Positions 58,696 to 64,000 of a DNA stretch of 64,000 nt are shown here, in pieces. This DNA comes from Candidatus Levybacteria bacterium RIFCSPHIGHO2_01_FULL_36_15b (GTDB taxonomy: Bacteria > Patescibacteriota > Microgenomatia > Levybacterales > UBA12049): contig MFNK01000009.1 in the NCBI GenBank assembly GCA_001782045.1, positions 7,516 to 71,515 on the forward strand, given 5' to 3'. The notes below the pieces were generated by a model, which was given only the letters and a program-made list of their open reading frames with translations, made no database searches and had not been told where the DNA came from. The position numbers and the translations under genes are program-made. The stretch's first letter is position 1. Every line of letters starts with the position of its first letter.

Positions 58696-59451
58696 ATGAA
58701 TAAATTACAAATAATAAAAAAGAAAATATCAGGTAGAGACGCAGCAGGAAGAGTTGCGGTAAGGCACCAGGGCGGAGAGCAAAAAAGATATTTGCGCGTC
58801 ATTGATTTTAAAAGAGACAAAAAAAATATTGAAGGAAAAGTAGTATCGCTGGAATACGATCCGGGAAGAACAGTAGATATTGCGCTAGTGCAATATAGCG
58901 ATGGAGAGAAAAGGTATATTTTAGCGCCCGAGGGTCTAAAGCTTAAAGATATAGTTATTGCATCCGATAGAGCAGTTGAGCTTAAAACGGGAAATGCGAT
59001 GCCGCTTTCGGTACTTCCAATCGGTACGGTAGTTCATAATGTGGAGCTAAATCCGGGCAGAGGCGGACAGCTTGCAAGAGGCGCTGGTGCACAAGCAATT
59101 ATTGCAGCAAAAGAAGGCGGATATATACATCTTAAGCTTCCGAGTGGCGAAGTTAGAAAAATTTTGCAGGCATCTATGGCAACAATAGGCGCATTGGGAA
59201 ATGCAGATTTAAAAAACAGAGTATTTGGAAAAGCTGGAACAAAAAGACATATGGGAATAAGGCCAACTGTTAGAGGAGTAGCCCAAAATCCAAGAAGCCA
59301 TCCTCATGGTGGTGGAGAAGGAAGATCGGGAATTGGTATGAGCTTACCTAAAACTTTCGCAGGAAGACCTGCGGTTGGAAAAACAAGGAGACCAAAAAAA
59401 TATTCTAATAAATATATTTTACAAGGAAGAAAGAAAGGAAAGCATAATTAA
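58696..59451 (+). CDS. rplB: 50S ribosomal protein L2 (N-terminally shortened)
   Basis: [26 protein letters not shown]. Confidence 0.98.
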   Translation: MNKLQIIKKKISGRDAAGRVAVRHQGGEQKRYLRVIDFKRDKKNIEGKVVSLEYDPGRTVDIALVQYSDGEKRYILAPEGLKLKDIVIASDRAVELKTGNAMPLSVLPIGTVVHNVELNPGRGGQLARGAGAQAIIAAKEGGYIHLKLPSGEVRKILQASMATIGALGNADLKNRVFGKAGTKRHMGIRPTVRGVAQNPRSHPHGGGEGRSGIGMSLPKTFAGRPAVGKTRRPKKYSNKYILQGRKKGKHN

Positions 59452-59452
59452 G

Positions 59453-59737
59453 ATGGGACGAAGCACTAAAAAGGGTCCATTTGTTGATCCTAAATTAATT
59501 AAAAAAGTTAATTTACAAAAACAGACCGGTGATAAATCGGCGATTAAAACATGGAAAAGATCGTCCCAAATTCCGCCGGAATTTGTCGGACATACGTTTG
59601 CTGTTCATAACGGAAGAAATTTTATAAACGTGTTAGTCCTTGAAGGAATGGTAGGACATAGGCTTGGCGAATTTGCGCCTACTAGAACATTTAGATCTCA
59701 CGGAAGAGTAGTAGCAAGGGAGATAAGTAAAACTTAA
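59453..59737 (+). CDS. rpsS: 30S ribosomal protein S19
   Basis: [25 protein letters not shown]. Confidence 0.98.
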   Translation: MGRSTKKGPFVDPKLIKKVNLQKQTGDKSAIKTWKRSSQIPPEFVGHTFAVHNGRNFINVLVLEGMVGHRLGEFAPTRTFRSHGRVVAREISKT

Positions 59738-59738
59738 T

Positions 59739-60155
59739 ATGGAAATTATTGCAGTTTCAAAATCAGTTAGGGTTGCACCAAGAAAAGTAAGACTGGTTGC
59801 GGATTCGGTAAGAAAAATGCCAATTGAAGACGCGCTTGCCACACTTGGGCTTATAAACAAAAGAGGAGCTGTGGCAATAAGCAAAACATTAAAGAGTGCA
59901 ATTTCAAATGCTAAAAATAATAATAAATTGGAGAAGGATATGTTAATTATAAAATCTATAGAAGTAGCAGAGGCACCATTTTATAAAAGATTTAGACCTT
60001 CAACTCGCGGAAGAGTACATCCTTATAAAAGAAGAGGAAGCCATATTAAAATAATTTTATCCGAAAAAAATGTTCAGCTTGGGGCTAAATCAAAAACCGT
60101 AACGGTAAGGCAAGAAAAAGAAAAAAAGGAGGAAAAAAGTGGGACAAAAAGTTAA
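59739..60155 (+). CDS. rplV: 50S ribosomal protein L22
   Basis: RVAPRKVRLVAD, LKSAISNA. Confidence 0.97.
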   Translation: MEIIAVSKSVRVAPRKVRLVADSVRKMPIEDALATLGLINKRGAVAISKTLKSAISNAKNNNKLEKDMLIIKSIEVAEAPFYKRFRPSTRGRVHPYKRRGSHIKIILSEKNVQLGAKSKTVTVRQEKEKKEEKSGTKS

Positions 60156-60783
60156 TCCTAAAATATTAAGACTTGGTGTTGGTTTAAACTGGACAAGCAG
60201 ATGGTTTGATGACGTAAAGTACAAAGATACTCTGCTTGAAGATTACATAATTAGAAAATCATTGATGGAAAGGCTTAAGAACGCCGGTATTGCAGAAATA
60301 GATATTGAAAGAAGTATTAACAGTATTAAGATAACTGCTTATGTTTCAAAACCCGGAATGGTAATTGGAAGAGGAGGAACAGGACTAGAGGAATTAAAAG
60401 CATTTCTTTCAAAACTTTTAGACAAGAAACAAGTGAAAAATCAATACAAAATAGATACTCAGGTTGAACCGATTAAAGACCCTAATTTAAATGCATATTT
60501 GGTTGGAAGAAATATCTCAGACCAGCTTGCAAGAAGACTTCCGGCTAAAAGAGTTATGAAATCAACTGCGGAAAGAGTTATGGCAAGCGGTGCACAAGGA
60601 GTAAGGATAGTGCTGTCGGGAAGAATCGGTGGTGCGGAAATCGGAAGAAGAGAAAAAATTCAGCAGGGAACTGTTCCGTTATCAACCATTAGAGAAAATA
60701 TAGATTATGCATCCGTTCCTTCGCTTACAAAAAAAGGATATATAGGAGTAAAAGTTTGGATTCATAAGGAGGAAGAAAAATAA
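60139..60783 (+). CDS. rpsC: 30S ribosomal protein S3
   Basis: GQKVNP, PGMVIGRGG, GYIGVKVWI. Confidence 0.98.
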   Translation: MGQKVNPKILRLGVGLNWTSRWFDDVKYKDTLLEDYIIRKSLMERLKNAGIAEIDIERSINSIKITAYVSKPGMVIGRGGTGLEELKAFLSKLLDKKQVKNQYKIDTQVEPIKDPNLNAYLVGRNISDQLARRLPAKRVMKSTAERVMASGAQGVRIVLSGRIGGAEIGRREKIQQGTVPLSTIRENIDYASVPSLTKKGYIGVKVWIHKEEEK

Positions 60784-61194
60784 ATGTTAGTTCCAAGGCG
60801 TGCTAAATATAGAAAACAAATGAGGGGAACAATGAAAGGTAATTCATACAGAGGAATAACTGTTTCTTTTGGAGACTTTGGTTTAATGAGCGAAGGCACT
60901 GCTTGGGTTAGTGCAAGGCAAATAGAAGCGGCAAGAAGAGCAATAACTCATTATACACAAAGAGGGGGAAGAGTTTGGATAAGAATCTTTCCGGATAAAC
61001 CGATTACAAAAAAACCTGCAGAAACAAGAATGGGTTCCGGAAAAGGAGATGTAGCCGAATTTGTAGCAAGAGTTAAGCCCGGCAGAATTTTATTTGAAAT
61101 GGGTGGAACTACAAAAGAAATAGCATATGAAGCCTTGCGACTAGCAGGACATAAATTGAATATAAAAACAAGAGTGGTAGAAAAGGAAAATTAA
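60784..61194 (+). CDS. rplP: 50S ribosomal protein L16
   Basis: [18 protein letters not shown]...RMGSGKG. Confidence 0.98.
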   Translation: MLVPRRAKYRKQMRGTMKGNSYRGITVSFGDFGLMSEGTAWVSARQIEAARRAITHYTQRGGRVWIRIFPDKPITKKPAETRMGSGKGDVAEFVARVKPGRILFEMGGTTKEIAYEALRLAGHKLNIKTRVVEKEN

Positions 61195-61218
61195 TATTTC
61201 GATAAACTCAATATAATT

Positions 61219-61440
61219 ATGAAAAGCAAAGATAAAAAAGATTTATTTACAAAAAGCTTAACAGAACTTAAAAAAAAATTAAGTGACGGTAGAGACGAGT
61301 TGTTTAATTTAAAACTAGATTTATCGCAAAATAAATTAAAAAATACAAAATCTATAACGTTAAAAAGAAAAGAAATTGCTTTGATTTTAACAGCTTTAAG
61401 AGAAAAGGAGTATGAAAATGCAAAAAACACTAATAGGTAA
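61219..61440 (+). CDS. rpmC: 50S ribosomal protein L29
   Basis: ELFNLK...RKEIALILT; operon position. Confidence 0.93.
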   Translation: MKSKDKKDLFTKSLTELKKKLSDGRDELFNLKLDLSQNKLKNTKSITLKRKEIALILTALREKEYENAKNTNR

Positions 61441-61651
61441 AATAGTTTCATTAAAAACCGAAGGAACAGCAGTAGTTGAGGTAACTAGAAAAACTGCTCA
61501 TCCTTTATATAAAAAGCTTATGAAAAGGAGCAAAAAATATAAAGTTGATACGGCAGGTATGAATTTGGAACTTGGCCAAAGAGTTAAAGTAGGCTCGATT
61601 AAAAAGATGTCAAAAGACAAATATTTTAAAGTTATTACAGTACTAAAATGA
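61412..61651 (+). CDS. rpsQ: 30S ribosomal protein S17
   Basis: HPLYKKLMKRSKKY, SKDKYF. Confidence 0.95.
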   Translation: MKMQKTLIGKIVSLKTEGTAVVEVTRKTAHPLYKKLMKRSKKYKVDTAGMNLELGQRVKVGSIKKMSKDKYFKVITVLK

Positions 61652-62022
61652 TACAGCACAGAACAATACTAACAGTTGCAGATAATTCAGGAGCAAGAAG
61701 ATTGCAGGTAATTCATGTTTTCGGAGGGCACAAAAGAAAATTTGGATTCTTAGGCGATATTTTAAATTGCGTTGTTAAAGATGCATCACCAACCGGTCAA
61801 GTAAAGGCAAGTGAAATAGTAAAAGTTGTATTAGTTAGAAGCAGGAAAGAACATAAAAGAGAAGACGGATCATACGTTAGGTTTTCGGATAACGCAGGAG
61901 TCTTAATTGATAATGACAAAGATAAAAACCCAAGAGGCACCAGAATTTTTGGGCCAATTGCAAGAGAGATAAGAGACAGAGGTTTTGCAAAAATTGCCAG
62001 TATGGCTATTGAGGTAGTTTAA
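61648..62022 (+). CDS. rplN: 50S ribosomal protein L14
   Basis: VADNSGAR, GTRIFGPIAREI. Confidence 0.98.
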   Translation: MIQHRTILTVADNSGARRLQVIHVFGGHKRKFGFLGDILNCVVKDASPTGQVKASEIVKVVLVRSRKEHKREDGSYVRFSDNAGVLIDNDKDKNPRGTRIFGPIAREIRDRGFAKIASMAIEVV

Positions 62023-62023
62023 T

Positions 62024-62329
62024 ATGAAACTTAAAAAAGGCGATAACGTAAAAGTCATAAAAGGAAAGGACAAAGGAAAAAACGGAAAAATAGAAAAAGT
62101 TTTCCCAAAGGCCAAAAAAGTGCTCGTTGCAAATATTAATTTATTCAAAAGACACTTAAAAGCAAGGAGTCAAAATCAGCCTTCGGAAATTGTAACTTTA
62201 ACTAAACCAATTTCTGAAGCAAGCGTTGCTTTTGTTTGTCCAAAATGTTCTAAAGTTTCTCGAATTGGATATAAAATTCAAAAAGGTGTAAAATCTAGAA
62301 TTTGCACAAATTGTAAATCGGAAATTTAA
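62024..62329 (+). CDS. rplX: 50S ribosomal protein L24
   Basis: KKGDNVKVIKGKDKGK KOW motif. Confidence 0.97.
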   Translation: MKLKKGDNVKVIKGKDKGKNGKIEKVFPKAKKVLVANINLFKRHLKARSQNQPSEIVTLTKPISEASVAFVCPKCSKVSRIGYKIQKGVKSRICTNCKSEI

Positions 62330-62330
62330 A

Positions 62331-62870
62331 ATGAATACTTTACAACAAAATTATACCGAAAACATATCTAAAAAATTAAAAGAAGACTTAGGTATTAAAA
62401 ATGTAAATAGAATTCCTAAGCTTTCTAAAATTGTACTTAATATGGGAGTTAAGGGTGCATTAGACGATAAAAAAAATATAGAAAAAGCAGCCGAGATTTT
62501 AGCACTTATTTCGGGTCAAAAACCGGCAGTTATGAAAGCAAAAAAATCAATATCGACATTTAAATTAAGAGAAGGAGATCCGGTTGGAGTTATGGTAACC
62601 TTGCGGGGCAGAAGGATGTATGATTTTTATCAAAAACTGACATCAATCGTTTTCCCAAGACTTAGAGATTTCCATGGAGTAAAATTAGGAAGCTTTGACG
62701 GTAGAGGAAATTATACTTTGGGTTTTGCGGAAAGCACTGTTTTTCCGGAAATAGATCCAAGCAAAGCAGACTTACAGCAGGGACTTGAAATTTCTATTGT
62801 AACAACTGCCGAAAAAGATGATGAAGGAAGGGAGTTACTAAAGGCACTTGGAATGCCTTTTCAAAAATAA
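62331..62870 (+). CDS. rplE: 50S ribosomal protein L5
   Basis: [28 protein letters not shown]. Confidence 0.98.
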   Translation: MNTLQQNYTENISKKLKEDLGIKNVNRIPKLSKIVLNMGVKGALDDKKNIEKAAEILALISGQKPAVMKAKKSISTFKLREGDPVGVMVTLRGRRMYDFYQKLTSIVFPRLRDFHGVKLGSFDGRGNYTLGFAESTVFPEIDPSKADLQQGLEISIVTTAEKDDEGRELLKALGMPFQK

Positions 62871-62872
62871 AT

Positions 62873-63058
62873 ATGGCTAAAAAGTCGGACATAGTTAAAT
62901 TTCAGAAAAAACAAAAGTTCTCTACAAGAGATAAGAATAGATGCAATATTTGCGGTAGAGCAAGGGGTTATATGAGAAGATTTGGAATTTGTAGAATTTG
63001 TTTTAGAGAACTTGCACAGAAAGGAGAATTACCGGGAGTTATTAAAGCTACCTGGTAA
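62873..63058 (+). CDS. rpsN: 30S ribosomal protein S14, zinc-binding type
   Basis: CNICGR...CRICFRE. Confidence 0.97.
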   Translation: MAKKSDIVKFQKKQKFSTRDKNRCNICGRARGYMRRFGICRICFRELAQKGELPGVIKATW

Positions 63059-63064
63059 ATTAAT

Positions 63065-63457
63065 ATGAATCATTTAGTATCTGATTTTGTAATTAGAATA
63101 AAAAATAGCGCAATTGCTAAAAGAAAAGAGGTTATTTTGCCGCATTCAAAAATTAATAAAGAGATCGGCAAAGTTTTGGTACGGGAAGGTTTTTTGGAGG
63201 ACTTAAAAGAAGAAGGGGAAAAAGGAAAAAAGAGTTTAAGAGCGACTATAAAATATGAAAATAGAATTCCTGTTTTAACCGATATAGAAGTAATTTCAAA
63301 ACCATCTTTAAGAGTTTATGGAAACATAAAAAAGATTAACGAAATAAAAAAGAGAGGCAGAAGAAGAGTAATAGTTTCAACCAGTAAAGGACTTATGACA
63401 TCAGAAGAAGCACAGAAAAAGGGAGTTGGAGGAGAAATACTTTTCGCCATTTGGTAA
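63065..63457 (+). CDS. rpsH: 30S ribosomal protein S8
   Basis: ISKPSLRVY, STSKGLMT, GGEIL. Confidence 0.97.
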   Translation: MNHLVSDFVIRIKNSAIAKRKEVILPHSKINKEIGKVLVREGFLEDLKEEGEKGKKSLRATIKYENRIPVLTDIEVISKPSLRVYGNIKKINEIKKRGRRRVIVSTSKGLMTSEEAQKKGVGGEILFAIW

Positions 63458-63461
63458 AAAT

Positions 63462-64000
63462 ATGTCAAAGATTGCAAAAAAACCAATTATTATAAAAGAA
63501 GGAGTAACGCTTATAAATAATGGCGGGGTGGTTACCGTATCAGGACCAAAAGGAAGTTTAGTATTTAATATTCCAACAGGAGTTGAAACCGAAATAAACG
63601 ATGGTAAGGTAATGATAAGAGCGAAAAGTAAAAATCCGCAGTTAAGCCCTATGTTAGGATTAACAAGAGCATTGCTTGCAAACTTTGTTACAGGTGTAAG
63701 TGAAGGTTTTGAAAAAAAATTAGAACTTGCAGGGGTTGGTTACAGGGCACAAGCAACGGGTGATACACTTACGCTTTCCGTTGGCTTCTCACATCCGGTT
63801 ATAATAAAAGGCGAGCCGGGAATTACTTTTAGCGTAGAAGAAAACATAATCACGGTTTCCGGTATAGACAAAATACTTGTGGGAAATACGGCAGCTAAAG
63901 TTAGAAACATAAGACCTCCGGAGCCATATAAGGGCAAGGGCATAAAATATGTAGGAGAAAGAATAAGAAGAAAAGCAGGTAAAGCAGCCAAGGCATTAAC
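63462..64000 (+). CDS. rplF: 50S ribosomal protein L6 (runs off the window end)
   Basis: MSKIAKKPI...GVGYRA...RPPEPYKGKGIKY, read by hand. Confidence 0.95.
   Translation, partial: MSKIAKKPIIIKEGVTLINNGGVVTVSGPKGSLVFNIPTGVETEINDGKVMIRAKSKNPQLSPMLGLTRALLANFVTGVSEGFEKKLELAGVGYRAQATGDTLTLSVGFSHPVIIKGEPGITFSVEENIITVSGIDKILVGNTAAKVRNIRPPEPYKGKGIKYVGERIRRKAGKAAKAL

Noticed and set aside
1-64000. Many short antisense or alternative-frame ORFs in the track (e.g. 34533-35207, 54474-55076, 19245-19733, 58372-58623)
   Set aside because: They lie within well-supported genes, have shadow-ORF composition and show no motifs.
1-64000. CRISPR array, tRNA, rRNA, transposase or integrase
   Set aside because: I saw no regularly spaced direct repeats, cloverleaf or rRNA signatures, or recombinase motifs by eye; a covariance-model scan would be needed to exclude small RNAs.
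1-64000. Alternative genetic code (TGA read as Gly, as in some CPR lineages)
   Set aside because: Core genes are uninterrupted under code 11, and TGA ends genes such as rplD and the Clp ATPase at expected positions.

Overview
AT-rich, compact bacterial chromosome segment using genetic code 11. Gene content and protein architectures suggest a Patescibacteria (CPR, Microgenomates-like) genome; this taxonomy is an inference. Most of the window is housekeeping: RND exporter (partial), metG, hrcA-grpE-dnaK-dnaJ with a CIRCE-like operator, a membrane-anchored Clp ATPase, nusA-infB, rpsO-pnp-Lon-like-rnj, ftsK, mltG, AMP phosphorylase, sortase, alaS, an argA-like/argE-like pair, rpoBC, the str operon and the S10/spc operons. 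Single hypothetical genes are wedged between core genes. I saw no tRNA, rRNA, CRISPR array or transposase. The most unusual signals are: (1) two related inverted-repeat elements (CCCGTT...AACGGG) inserted right after the second codon of a gene, each duplicating ATG(G/A)AT and carrying a short open frame that stops 4-5 nt before the duplicated start; (2) a synonymously recoded duplicate of the rpsJ 3' end flanking an orphan gene; (3) an SF2 helicase with seven 34-35 aa helical repeats inserted in its ATPase domain; (4) leader-peptide attenuator-like leaders before the arg-like genes (Arg-Arg codons), rpoB and rplC; (5) a His-to-Tyr change in the RNA polymerase trigger loop plus rifampicin- and streptomycin-resistance-type residues; (6) pervasive leaderless-type promoters.
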